Of a stretch of DNA of 64,000 nt, positions 24,801 through 35,886 are shown piece after piece. This stretch comes from Okamejei kenojei (lineage: Eukaryota). The position numbers and the translations under genes were made by a program. Location: NCBI GenBank assembly GCA_035221665.1, contig CM069141.1, positions 29,946,001 to 30,010,000 of the forward strand, read 5' to 3'. The notes beneath the pieces are model-generated. The model was not told where the DNA came from. It saw only the letters and a list, made by a program, of their open reading frames with translations, and did no database searches. How positions within the stretch are numbered: the stretch's first letter is position 1; the number at the start of each line of letters is the position of its first letter.

Positions 24801-25070
24801 GAGCCCAAATTCCAGTAGCTTCTCAGCCAGTCTGGTGGGGACTATCGTGTTGAAGGCTGAACTGAAGTCTATGAACAGCATCCTCATGTAGCCCCCCTTC
24901 TGGCAGTCAAGAAGAGAGAGAGCGGTGTGCAAAACCTGGGAGACCACGTCGTCCGTGGATCTGTTCGGACGGTATGCGAATTGTAATGGGTCCTTGTTGC
25001 CGAGGGAGGAAGGCGCAGATGTGTTTCTTCACCAGCCTCTCAAAGCATTTCATGACTACCGAGGTGAGGC
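21884..25070 (-). mobile_element. Rex1/Babar-type LINE (RT plus C-terminal domain), split by a CR1 insertion
   Basis: ORF 24384-24947 ([31 protein letters not shown]) and ORFs 24063-24287 and 23911-24201; (GTCAA)n tail at about 21884-21905 left of the CR1. Confidence 0.88.
22054..23871 (-). mobile_element. CR1 LINE, 5'-truncated, with an uninterrupted RT reading frame
   Basis: The 510-aa ORF 22466-23998 contains [28 protein letters not shown] and FADD; a short TATT duplication flanks the insert (22050-22053, 23872-23875). Confidence 0.95.
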
Positions 25071-25485
25071 CTAATTATACGTAGTGCACTCAATTGCAGA
25101 GGATGTAGTGGTTCATTCACCGATTAGTGAATTTTAAATTATCATTTTTACAAATGTCATATATTTGGCTGCTTCAATGCCCATCGCAAATAAATTCATA
25201 CAGTATTATCTAATCTGGGCGGATTTTTCTCAAATCAAAGTAAAATGTAACCAAAGTATTCTATTACAGTACTGCCTATCATATGCCAACAACATCCCCC
25301 TCCACACCTCACTGCTCCTGCAGCCAAATTTCCAGCAACCTCCCAAAATTCAGTTACTTTCCACAATAAAAAAATACAAACAGCAGCAATGGAGTAATTA
25401 CTATCCAACGTTCTGAAGCTTTTAAATACTGGCCCGTCCAAGTAAATAAGGGAAGCAGCTGGAAATAAAAAATAATTTATAAAGA

Positions 25486-25636
25486 GTGTACGAAGGAACT
25501 GCAGATGCCCGTTTAAACCAAAGATAGACACAAAAAGCTGGAGTAACTCAACGGGACAGACAGCATCTCTGGAGAGAAGCATCTCCAAAGATACTGCCTG
25601 TCCTGCTGAGTTACTCCAGCTTTTTGTGTCTATCTT
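25486..25636. mobile_element. PLE pseudo-LTR fold-back (core deleted)
   Basis: AAAGATAGACACAAAAAGCTGGAGTAACTCA...TGAGTTACTCCAGCTTTTTGTGTCTATCTTT perfect inverted arms. Confidence 0.85.
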
Positions 25637-26329
25637 TAATTTATAAAGAGGTTAGGTCAGCTTTATTTGCTCCACAAGAGAATGATTTGGAAAAAAATAA
25701 GGCTAAATTGGTAAGAATACATTTGACAGTGTGTACTTTAAAGACAGAGGAATTGAAATGACCAACCTTAGAATTCCAATTCATGTTTTGGGTCATGAGT
25801 CATACTTGTGAGTAAAAATTAGTCAACACTTACGAAGAGAAGAGTAGGTTTTAGTCACGTTTTTGTTACATTGTAATGTCGTTATTTATGACAAGGGAGG
25901 CATATTATTAATCTAAACTCCCACGCTTACAAAAAATAATCAGGACCACTTGATAATCTAATTGAAACTTGTGACGTGAACTAAACCACTCGGAAGCTGA
26001 AGGTGGTTGCTATAAAAATATTTATTCATAAGTGGACATTCTCTTGGAGACCCTTTCAATAGAATCTCCCAAACTCAAGTTTTAGTGCTCTTAAAGAATA
26101 CAACAGATGATTTGATACAATTTCAATAGCTACATTGATATTGTTAACTTTGATATCTTGGGTCTGACAAAAGATTCTCTTGAATTTAAATTTACAATGT
26201 GAGCATACTGTCACCGACAAGGCATTGGGTAGCAGAGTAGCGCAGCAGCAGTGTTGTTGCCTTACAGTACCAGAGTCCCAGGTTTAATCCTGACAATGAG
26301 GGCTGTCTGTATGCCTGTATGATTTTTTA

Positions 26330-26835
26330 CAATCTCTTACCTTGCCGGAGATGCGATTGTTCTCCGGATCAGGTCTCAGGTTACTCTGTGGCCTAACATC
26401 GTGGAGCTGGAGGCCTTACTCGGGATTGACTTTGAGCTCCACCGTGCGGCAGGGACTTGCCATCGGAGTCAATTCCTTGCCTGGGATCAACGCTCCAACC
26501 GCGGCTTGCGGACTTTAACATCAAAGAGCTCGCAGTCTCGGGTAGAGGCCAAGCTTCATCGCCTCGACGAGGAGGCCTGTGCCGGCTATGGGAGTAAGAT
26601 CGTCCCGTCAACAGAAGGTTAGAGGCCCCCAACCGCTGGAGGACAAAGAAGGGAGAGATTTAACTGTTTTTCACCTTCCATCACAGTGAGGTATGCGGAG
26701 GAGTCACTGTGGTGGATGTTCATGTTAAAATGCATTTTGTGTGTTCTGTTGCTTTTTATTGTTATGGCTGTATAGCAAATCAAATTCCTCATATATTGCA
26801 AAGCAAACTTGGCCAATAAAGTATGATTATGAACT
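26330..26835 (+). mobile_element. GC-rich non-autonomous retroposon with LINE-like 3' tail
   Basis: Shares CCTTCCATCACAGTGAGG...GTGGATGTT.ATGTTAAA and an AAATT.C...AATAAA tail with 49508-50052 and 55260-55800. Confidence 0.5.
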
Positions 26836-26859
26836 ATATAGACTTGAGGAGATTATATT

Positions 26860-27687
26860 AGTAAGTAAGTAAGTAAGTAAGTAAGTTTATTGGCCAAGTA
26901 TTCACATACAAGGAATTTGCCATGGTGCTCCGCCCACAAGTAACAACATGACATAGTGACAATTACGAATGACTCAGAAAACACTAAACATTAATAATAA
27001 TAAGACATTAATGATAAAACACCATTGATCAAGCATGTGAACCAACAAAATACCAGATCAAAGGGAGGCTAATGAGTCAACAACTACGCATGGATAAAAA
27101 CTGTTTTTATGTCTGACTGTGGCAGCTTTGACAATCCGTAGTTGCCTTCCAGAGGGAAGTGATTCAAAGAGTTTGTGGCCAGTGTGAGAGGGGTCAGAGA
27201 TGATCTTGCCCGCTCGCTTCCTGGCCCGTGCAGTGTACAGTTCATCAATGAAGGGAAGGTTGCAGCCAATAATCTTCTCTGCTGATGGGACGATTCGCTG
27301 CAGCCTCCAGGTGTTGTGCTTGGTGGCTGAGCCAAACCAGACCATGATGGAAAAGGTGAGAACAGACTCTATGATGGCTATGTAGAATTGGACCATCATT
27401 GCCTGTGGCAGATTGTGCTTCCTCAGCTGCCGCAGGAAGTACTTCCTCTGTTGTGCCTTTTTGAATGTGGAGTCGATGGTAGCCCCCCACTTAAGGTCCT
27501 TGGAGATGATGGTTCCCAGGAACTTAAAAGACTCCACAGATGTGACTGTGGTGTTGTTGATGGTGAGTGGGGTGAGGGGAGGGGGAGCTCTCCTAAAGTC
27601 TACAATCAATTCCACTGTCTTAAGAGCATTGAGCTCCAGGTTGTTGCTACGGCACCAGGCCGACAGCTGTGACACTTCCTGTCTGTA
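26860..27687 (-). mobile_element. Rex1/Babar-type LINE 3' fragment
   Basis: ORF 27058-27675 [23 protein letters not shown]...FKFLGTIISKDLKW...AIIESVLT; (TAAG)n tail at 26860-26885. Confidence 0.88.
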
Positions 27688-27827
27688 GCACTATTATTGC
27701 CTATTTATTTGTCCATGTTTTAAATATATACTAGACCAAATGAGACCCGATGGGTCCCATTCCCTCAACGTGCGGTTGTGGGGGAGGGGTGACCTGCGGC
27801 ATCACACACACACTAACCACCCCCCCC

Positions 27828-27887
<60 letters not shown>

Positions 27888-28191
27888 AACCACCCTCTTG
27901 ATATTAAGAGGGGGGAGATAGAGGGGGGAGAGAGAGGGGGGAGAGAGAGGGGGGAGAGAGAGGAGGGGGGAGGGGGGGGAGAAGGAAGGAGGAAGAGGAG
28001 GGGGAGAGGAGGGGGGAGAGGTGCCCGGGGAGAGAGAGAGGCCCGGGGGGAGAGAGAGAGAGAGAGAGAGGCTCGGGAGAGAGAGAGATAGGCCCGGAGG
28101 AGAGAGTGCGAGAGGCCTGGGGGTGTAATTATGCTCTTAGAGCTAACCCCTTTAATCTAGTTCAGTAAAACACTGCGTCAAGCACTGGACC

Positions 28192-30284
28192 CAGGGCCGG
28201 ATTTACGCATAAGATTCACAAGCTTAAGCTTAGGACCTCGAGATCTAGGGGGGCCTTGGCAAGGCCGGATTTACCTATAGGCATCATAGGCTGAAGGCAG
28301 CGTAGGGCCTCAAAATCTAGGGGGCCTAAGGCCAAGGTGTGTTTTCCCCAGAGTAAAAAAAATCCCGAGAAAAAAAAAAATTGGAATGCTATCAGCGTTT
28401 CCACTTTGACGGAAATTATCTGAAATTCTGATTCCTGTCCGCTGGAAGTTTTGGGCGAAAAAATTGCGACCATCCGCGCCTGCGCAGTTGGGGGAGCCAG
28501 TGACGCAGTAGCGACGCAAAATGATACTGTCTCTCTGCATGTGCACAGTGGGCCCGAGCGGGTTCAGATCTCCATTTGCACTCCACATAATCACCTCGAT
28601 GCCTCAGAGGGGGGGAGAGAGGGAGGGGGGAGAGAGAAAGGGGAAGGGGAGAGAGATGGGGAGGGAGAGAGAGGTGGGGGGAGAGGGAGACGGAGGGGGA
28701 AGGAGGAGGGGGGAGAGGAAAAGGGGGATTATCTTCAGTGAGATTGCAAAATTAAGGTAGGTTGTAGAGCAATTATATTTTCTCCTCCATATGAATAATA
28801 TCAGACAATTGGAATTGCTTTCTTTTCCTTGATAACAATACTGAAAATATGTATTCCATAGTTTGCAACTTCATTTTGCATCATATTTTTAATGTGCACA
28901 CAATAACACAGTAGAACAGTAACAGGCAATCAAATCAACGCACAAAACATTTTCTAAAAAAAGGTTTTATTTATTGCAAAAACTTACAGTATTTTATTTG
29001 CAGTGTTTGCATGCTCCTTTATAACATTTTACAGTACAACTTGATTATTAAAACAAGGACCGCTTCAATTCTTGATTTAAAAAAATGTATACAACAACAT
29101 GGATGGGGGTGGCACGCACACCCCCATCCATATTAACGGGACGGAGGTGGAGCGTGTTTCCAGCTTCAGGTTTCTGGGGGTCAACATCTCTGATGACCTC
29201 TCTTGGACCCACAATACCTCAACACTGATCAAGAAGGCTCACCAGCGTCTCTTCTTCCTGAGGAGACTAAAGAAGGTCCATCTGTCTCCTCAGATTCTGG
29301 TGAACTTCTACCGCTGCGCCATCCGGAGCATCCTTACTAACTGTATCACAGTATGGTATGGCGACTGCTCTGTCTCCGACCAGAAAGCACTGCAGAGGAT
29401 GGTGAAAACTGACAAACGCATCACCGGTTCCTCACTCCTCTCGATTGAGTCTGTCCAGAGCAAGCGATGCCTGCGAAGGGCGTGCAGCATCGTCAAGGAC
29501 TGCTCTCATCCCAACCACAGACTGTTTACCCTCCTCCCATCTGGGAGGCGCTACAGGTCTCTCCGTTGCCAGACCAGCAGATTCAGGAACAGCTTCTTCC
29601 CTGCGGCTGTTACCCTACTTAACTCTGCACCTTGGTGATTGCCAGTCACCCCCCCCCCCCCCCCCGAAATTTGCACTACTGCTACTGTATATACATATAT
29701 ATATTTTACTGTTCCATTATTCTGTGTTCGCACTTCTGGGTGAGATGCTAACTGCATTTTGTTGTCTCTGTACTTGTACGCTGCACAATGACAATAATGT
29801 TTGAATCTGAATCTGAATCTGAATCTGAATCTGAATGACCCCAATCATCCCATTCCAACCACTCATTACTCTTGACTCAACCAAAATTATTTCTGAAATA
29901 TTGGTCACAAATTTGGTGCAAAAATGCTCCAAAATAAGGCTCAGAATGCACCAGCGAACATCTAAAACCCCAGACCCCGGCCGCAAAGGTCTTTTAGCTT
30001 ATGTGCTTGTGGTATGCGCTGCGTGCACTTATTTCACATAAGATTTTTGTAATCCTGCCATGCCACCCCCCTTTTTGAAAAGCTTCATACGGGCCTGGTG
30101 TATAATATTTTTTACACTGTCATAGACTTTTCTTACATATGCTGTCACAATGCACTGTGGTCTCTAAACAACACTTCAGTAATTTTCCTTGCCCTCCATT
30201 ATCCCTCGTCGTGGGGGTGGGGGATTGGGAGGGGCCTCACAAGTGGAATAGCCTCGGGCCTCTATTCTTCTAAATCCAGCCCTG
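28192..30284. mobile_element. Non-autonomous hAT-type DNA transposon
   Basis: TIRs CAGGGCCGGATTTA / TAAATCCAGCCCTG; perfect 8-bp TSD ACTGGACC (28184-28191, 30285-30292). Confidence 0.9.
29099..29836 (+). mobile_element. Rex1/Babar-type LINE 3' fragment nested in the hAT element
   Basis: ORF 29099-29638 HTPIHINGTEVERVSSFRFLGVNISDDLSW...LFFLRRLKK...LPSGRRYRS; (TCTGAA)n tail at 29803-29836. Confidence 0.9.
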
Positions 30285-31067
30285 ACTGGACCACTAAATC
30301 TTTTATTTTAATAACAAATTCCCTATACGATACCTAGCCACACTGCGGGATCGATCCTTGTCTCTGCTTGTCCAAGAACTTTTGCCTCGTGCAAGCAGAT
30401 ACTTCCAAAAGGTTGCGCAGTCCCAAGCGCTCCTCCAGAAGATCGACAACAAACCTCGTGGGGGTTACCTTTTATAGGTCATCGAACACTGTGGGGCAGA
30501 TCTACATGGGGATGGTACCCCTACAAACGAATCACAGATATTGATCACATTAAAGCGTTATTGACAATTCCCCAACCTAATTACAAAGCTCCCCATTACA
30601 ATGTTTCTACAGAAGCTTCTGGAAAGAAGTCAGTTGACCCAAGTAATGCAACATTCTCCTGGGGAGTATAAACAATTCAATCAAGGCTTCACACTTCAGC
30701 CAATCATCAAACAGTAACACAAACATCTTGCAACATTATTAACAGTATTTACAATCCTTCTGCAGCCAGCCAATCATGCTAATGCATCTGCAACACCTTT
30801 GGGGTTATCTGCAAAGTACTCATACATTTTAACAATAGAGAGGACAACTGGACGGCAGATCCATTGTCACGTCATCAGCGAAAAAAAAAAAAACAGGTGT
30901 TTTGATTTCAAAGTTTGACCGGGTTTGTGAACATTTTTCTTACTAACTCAAGAAATAAAGCACAACATTTTCAGGTAAGCTGATTTCGGACTCCAGGGGG
31001 TAATTTTTTACATAAATCAGAATATGTAAAAATGTTCCCATTCGCGAGTCATTTTTCCGAGAAGATG

Positions 31068-31207
31068 NNNNNNNNNNNNNNNNNNNNNNNNNNNNNNNNN
31101 NNNNNNNNNNNNNNNNNNNNNNNNNNNNNNNNNNNNNNNNNNNNNNNNNNNNNNNNNNNNNNNNNNNNNNNNNNNNNNNNNNNNNNNNNNNNNNNNNNNN
31201 NNNNNNN
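31068..31207. other. Assembly gap (140 N)
   Basis: Run of N. Confidence 1.
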
Positions 31208-33123
31208 GACCAAGTGCAGACCTGTTGGGTCTGTTCCCAACGTGCGTTTGCGGTGGGGGGGGGGGGGGGGGGGGGGGGGCAGCATGTCCTGAGGGTGGGG
31301 GAAGGGGGAGGGGAGAGGAGAGGGGAAGGTGAGAGGAGAGGGGTTAGGAGAAGGGGAGAGGAGAGGGGGAGGAAGAGGGGTAGGGGAGAGGTGGAGAGAG
31401 AGTGGAGGGGGAGAGAGAGAGTGGAGGGGGAGAGAGAGGAGGATGAGGGGGAGAGGTGGGGAGAGAGAGGGGTGAGAGAGGAGGGGGAGAGAGAGAGAAA
31501 GGGGAGGGCGAGGGGAGGGAGAGGGGTAGAGTGGGGGAGAGGGGAGAGTGGTAGCAGGGAGTGGTGCAAGAGCAGGGGAAGGGGGTGGGGGGATATGGGG
31601 GTGAAGAGGGGTGGGGAGAGAGGGGGTGGAGGGGTGAGGAGAGAGGGAGATGGAGAGGGAGGAGGAGAGGAGGTGGGGGAGGGTGTGAGAGGGTTCAGGG
31701 AGGGGGTGAAGGGGGGGGAGTGGTGGGGGGGGAGGAGGAGAGGGAGGAGGGGAAGGGGAGAGAGGAGGAAGAGTATGGAGGGACAGGGAGAGGGGTAGGG
31801 GAGAGAAAGGGAAGAGTGTGGAAGGAGGGGGGAGAGTGGTAAAGGGAAGGGGAAGAGTGGGGAGGGAGGGGGAGAGTGGAGAGAGGGGGAAGAGTGGGGA
31901 GGGAAGGGAGGGGGGAGAGAGGGGTGGGGAGGGAGATGGGGAGGTGGAGAATGGGGGAGAGAGAAGTGGAAGTGGGGAGGGAGGGAGGGTGAGAGGTGCA
32001 CGGGAGAGTGGTGGAAGTGGTTAGAGAGAGAGGGGAGGGGGTGGGGGAGTGGTGGGAGAGAGGGGTAGGGAAAAAGGGGTGCAGGGAGGGAGGGAAGGGG
32101 GAGGGGGAGAGGGAGGAGGGAGACGGGGAGGGGAGAGGGGGGAAGATGGGGGTGAAGAGGGGTGGGGGGGAGGTGGGAGAGGGAGGGGGGGAGGAGGGAG
32201 GAGAGGGAGGAGGGAGACGGGGAAGGGGAGAGGGGGGAAGAGTGGTGGAAGACGGACAGAGGGGTAGGGGAAGGGGTGGGAGGGAGTGGTGGAAGAGGGA
32301 CAGGGGTAGGGGAAGGGGGCGGGGGGAGAGAGGGAAGGGGCAGGGGAGAGAAGGAAGGGGGTGGGGGAGAAGAGGGGAGGAAAGGTAGAGGTGGCGGGGA
32401 CAGGAGAGGGGAAGAAGAGGGGGAGGGGAGAGGTGGAGAAGAGTGGAGGGGGGAGAGAGGAGAGGGAGAGAGTGGAAGGGGGAGAGAGGAGGGGGGAGAG
32501 AGAGAAAGGGGAGGAGAGAGAGGTAGGGAGGGGGAGGGAGAGGGGAAGAGTGGGGAGTGAGCGGGAGTGGGGTTAGCAGGGAGTGGTGCAAGAGAGATGG
32601 GAAGTTGTGGGAGTTTAGATGGGGTGAAGAGGGGTGGGGAGGTGGGAGAGGGAGGAGGGGGAGGGGGGAGGAGGGAGAGGGAGGAGGGAGAGGGGGAAGG
32701 GGAGAGGGGGGAAGAGTGTGGAGAGGGGTAGGGAGAGGGATAGGGAAGAGAGAGGGAAGAGTGTGGAGGGAGGGGGAGAGTGGTAGGGTGGAGGGGGGAG
32801 GAGGAAGACTGGGGAGGGAGGGGGAAGGGTGGGGGGAGAGAGAAGGGTGAGGAAGGGGTGGAGAATGGGGAGAGAGAAGTGGAAGAGTGGGGAGGGAGAG
32901 GGGTAGGGGAAGTGGTGGAAGTGGGAGAGAGGGGGGGAGTGTAATGTGAATGTACAAGCGTAATGTCTGGCGAAATGGAAAAAATGGCGGCGTCTGAGGG
33001 TCCGGTTTTGGCGGAGCAGGGAATCAAAGGGCGAAAATCTTATCTGAAAATAAAACGGAATGTGACAGCCAGCCGGCCGGACGGCGGTCGGCAGACACAC
33101 ACACAGTTGTAAAAGTATGTAGA
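31208..33123 (-). mobile_element. Non-autonomous Helitron-like element filled with a G/A-rich tract
   Basis: 3' hairpin CAGACC...GGTCTG at the gap edge (same family as 27731; the terminal CTAG falls in the gap); minus-strand 5' start A|TCTACATAC followed by (TG)n at 33123. Confidence 0.6.
31255..32940 (+). repeat. Strand-asymmetric G/A-rich low-complexity tract (about 1.7 kb)
   Basis: Almost entirely G and A on the plus strand with dozens of G-runs; recurring blocks TAGCAGGGAGTGGTGCAAGAG (about 31552 and 32574) and GGAGAATGGGGGAGAGAGAAGTGGAAG (about 31946, with a near-identical copy about 32861). Confidence 0.95.
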
Positions 33124-34109
33124 TATTGATAATATAAGATAAATATACACAACTTTTTTTGTTTCATTTGGGTTTTGCAGAGTACTATCTTTACATATCT
33201 TTTGTGGAGCTGCAAGTAAGAATTTAATTGTTCCTTATTGGAACATTTGGAAATAAAACACTCTCTCTCTCTCTCTGATCTTCTTCTCGTAATTGTTTGT
33301 TTGCTTCATCTTATCTTACCATAGCATAATACCTGTAAAATTGCTGGTTGGTTGAATCACAAGGCCAACCAACTCATAAAGCAATTGTGTACATAATGAA
33401 TAATTTTGTTCTTCCCTCTTCCCAGCCCCAGGCCAGGTCAATATAATTTCATGAATTGAATGGAAACAACATTTTAATTTAAACTTAAATCACCTCCACA
33501 ATTTACCTTTAAAATGTTGATCTATCAACATCAGTTCCCTATGGCAGGAGATAAAGTGACTTTTATGAATGAAGGACAGAAGAAAATAATTATCATTTAC
33601 TATATTCAAATAAAGTGTTTTTCTTACAATGCTTTAACATGCAATAAGTGAATTAAGTTACAATATTTATCGGTAAATTTATGGATCTTTAGTTTTTTAC
33701 AGTAAGGTGACTCAATATGTGATCACAATAAGTAAACTGAAAAAATCTAACAGCGTTAGCTAAATGGAAACACAATACATTTCAATACAATACTTATGAT
33801 ATAGTCAATGGAACTGAATCTCAAATGCAAATATCAACAAACATTCATTTCTATACTATGTGTTAATTGTATTCAGCTATAAATATCTACTCCAGTATCA
33901 CTAAGCTTTGATTGTTAAAATGCCTTTGGGGAAGCCTACTAAAACACTGTTGACAATGAATTACCCAAATTGTCACCTGTATCAAGTAAGTTAACAGCAG
34001 AAACAATTAACACATATATTCCACATTTTAGTGGCTGGTGACACAATTAAGATCTAATTAAAATAAACTTTATAATGCTACTATCTGTGATCTAGAAGTA
34101 TTATTTATA

Positions 34110-34343
34110 GTAGGAAGGAACTGCAGATGCTGGTTTAAACCAAACATAGACACAAAATGCTGGAGTAACTCAGCGGGACAGGCAGCATTTCTGGAGAGAA
34201 AAATGGGTGATGTTTCGGATCGAGACCCTTCATCAGAACAGATCAGTCTTACGAAGGGTCTCGACCCGAAACATCACCGATTCTTTCTCTCCAGTGATGC
34301 TATCTGTCCCGCTGAGTTACTCCAGCATTTTGTGTATCTTCAG
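34110..34343. mobile_element. PLE pseudo-LTR fold-back retaining both hammerhead-like cores
   Basis: GGTGATGTTTCGGATCGAGACCCTTCATCAG...GAAGGGTCTCGACCCGAAACATCACC with about 95-bp inverted arms. Confidence 0.85.
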
Positions 34344-34431
34344 TATTATTTATGGGGCAGCCCAGGTTATCTTTCATAGGGCTATTGAGGCTAGTTCCTG
34401 CTTGGTTGTGGGACATCTCCTAAGGTTAAGA

Positions 34432-35886
34432 AAAGTTTAAGAATAAGGAGTAAGCCATTTAGAACGGAGATGAGGAAGCACTTTTTCTCACAGAGAGTGG
34501 TGAATCTGTGGAATTCTCTGCCTCAGAGGGCAGTGGAGGCAGGTTCTCTGGATGCTTTCAAAGGAGAGCTAGATAGGGTTTTTAAAAATAGCAGAGTAAG
34601 GGGATATGGGGAGAAGGCAGGAACGGGGTACTGATTGGGGATGATCAGCCATGATCACATTAAATGGCAGTGCTGGCTCGAAGGGCCAAAGATTAGCCTA
34701 CACCAGCACCTATTGTCTATTGTCTATTGTTACGGCTGCATGTCTACCTGACAATGGGCAAAATTAGGGCACATGGTATTGGGGGTAGAGTACTGACATG
34801 GATAGAAAATTGGTTGGCAGACAGGAAACAAAAAGTAGGGATGAAAGGGTCCATTTCAGAATGGCAGGCAGTGACTAGTGGGGTACCGCAAGGCTCGGTG
34901 CTTGGACCGCAGCTATTTACAATATACATCAATGATTTGGATGAAGGGATTCAAAGCAACAAATTGGCAGATGACACAAAGCTGGGTGGCAGTGTGAATT
35001 GTGAGGAGGATGCAATGAGAATACAGGGTGACTTGGACAGGTTGGGGGAGTGGGCAGATGTATGGCAGATTAAGTTTAATGTGGATAAATGTGCAGTTAT
35101 TCACTTTGGTATCAAAAACAGGAAGGCAGTTTACTATTTAAATGGCATCAAGTTAGGAAAAGGGGAAGTACAATGGGATCTGGAGGTCCTTGTTCATCAG
35201 TCTATGAAAGTAAGCATGCAGGTACAGCAGGCAGTGAAGAAAGCGAATGGCATGTTGGCCTTTATAACACGAGGAGTCTAGTATAGGAGCAAATAGGTCC
35301 TTCTGCAGTTGTACAGAGCCCTAGTGAGACCTGGAGTATTGTGTGCAGTTTTGGTCCCCTAATTTGAAGAAGGACATTCTTGCTATTGAGGGAGTGCAGC
35401 GTAGGTTTACAAGGTTAAATCCCGGGATGGCGGGACTGTCATATACTGAGAGAATGGAGTGGCTGGGCTTGTACACTCTGGAGTTTAAAAGGATGAGATG
35501 GGATCTTATTGAAACATATAAGATTGTTAAGGGTTTGGACATGCTAGAGGCAAGAAACAAGGTCCCGATGTTGGGGGAGTCCAGAACCAGTGGCCACAGT
35601 TTAAGAATAAGGGGTAAGCCATTTAGAATGGAAACGAGGAAACACTTTTTCTCACAGAGAGTTGTGAGTGTAGAATTCTCTGCCTCAGAGAGCGGTGGAG
35701 GCCGGTTCTCTGGATATTTTCAAGAGAGAGTTAGATAGGGTTCTTAAAGATAGCGGAGTCAGGGGATATGGGGAGAAGGCAGGAACGGGGTACTGATTGG
35801 GGATGATCAGCCATGATCACATTGAATGGCGGTGCTGGCTCGAAGGGTCGAATGGCCTCCTCCTGCACCTATTGTCTATTGTCTAT
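34432..35886 (+). mobile_element. Two tandem CR1 3' fragments (34432-34727 and 34753-35886)
   Basis: ORFs 34727-35281 ([19 protein letters not shown]) and 35343-35738; each fragment ends in a (CTATTGT)n tail. Confidence 0.92.

Larger units (their letters stand above)
28124..30834 (-). mobile_element. Probable solo LTR interrupted by a hAT element
   Basis: TGT...ACA termini, minus-strand CCTATAAAA (near 30470) and AATAAA (near 30303); no clear TSD. Confidence 0.45.
27731..31067 (-). mobile_element. Non-autonomous Helitron-like element hosting nested insertions; 5' end lost in the gap
   Basis: Minus-strand 3' end GACCC-ATC-GGGTC hairpin, then ...GGTCTAG|T at 27731. Internal block AGATCCATTGTCACGTCATCAGCGAAAAA near 30857 is shared with about 52206. 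Confidence 0.65.

Noticed and set aside
30943-33100. Long Pro/Ser/Leu-rich and Gly/Glu/Arg-rich ORFs (up to 694 aa)
   Set aside because: By-products of a low-complexity G/A tract lacking stop codons; some span the N gap.
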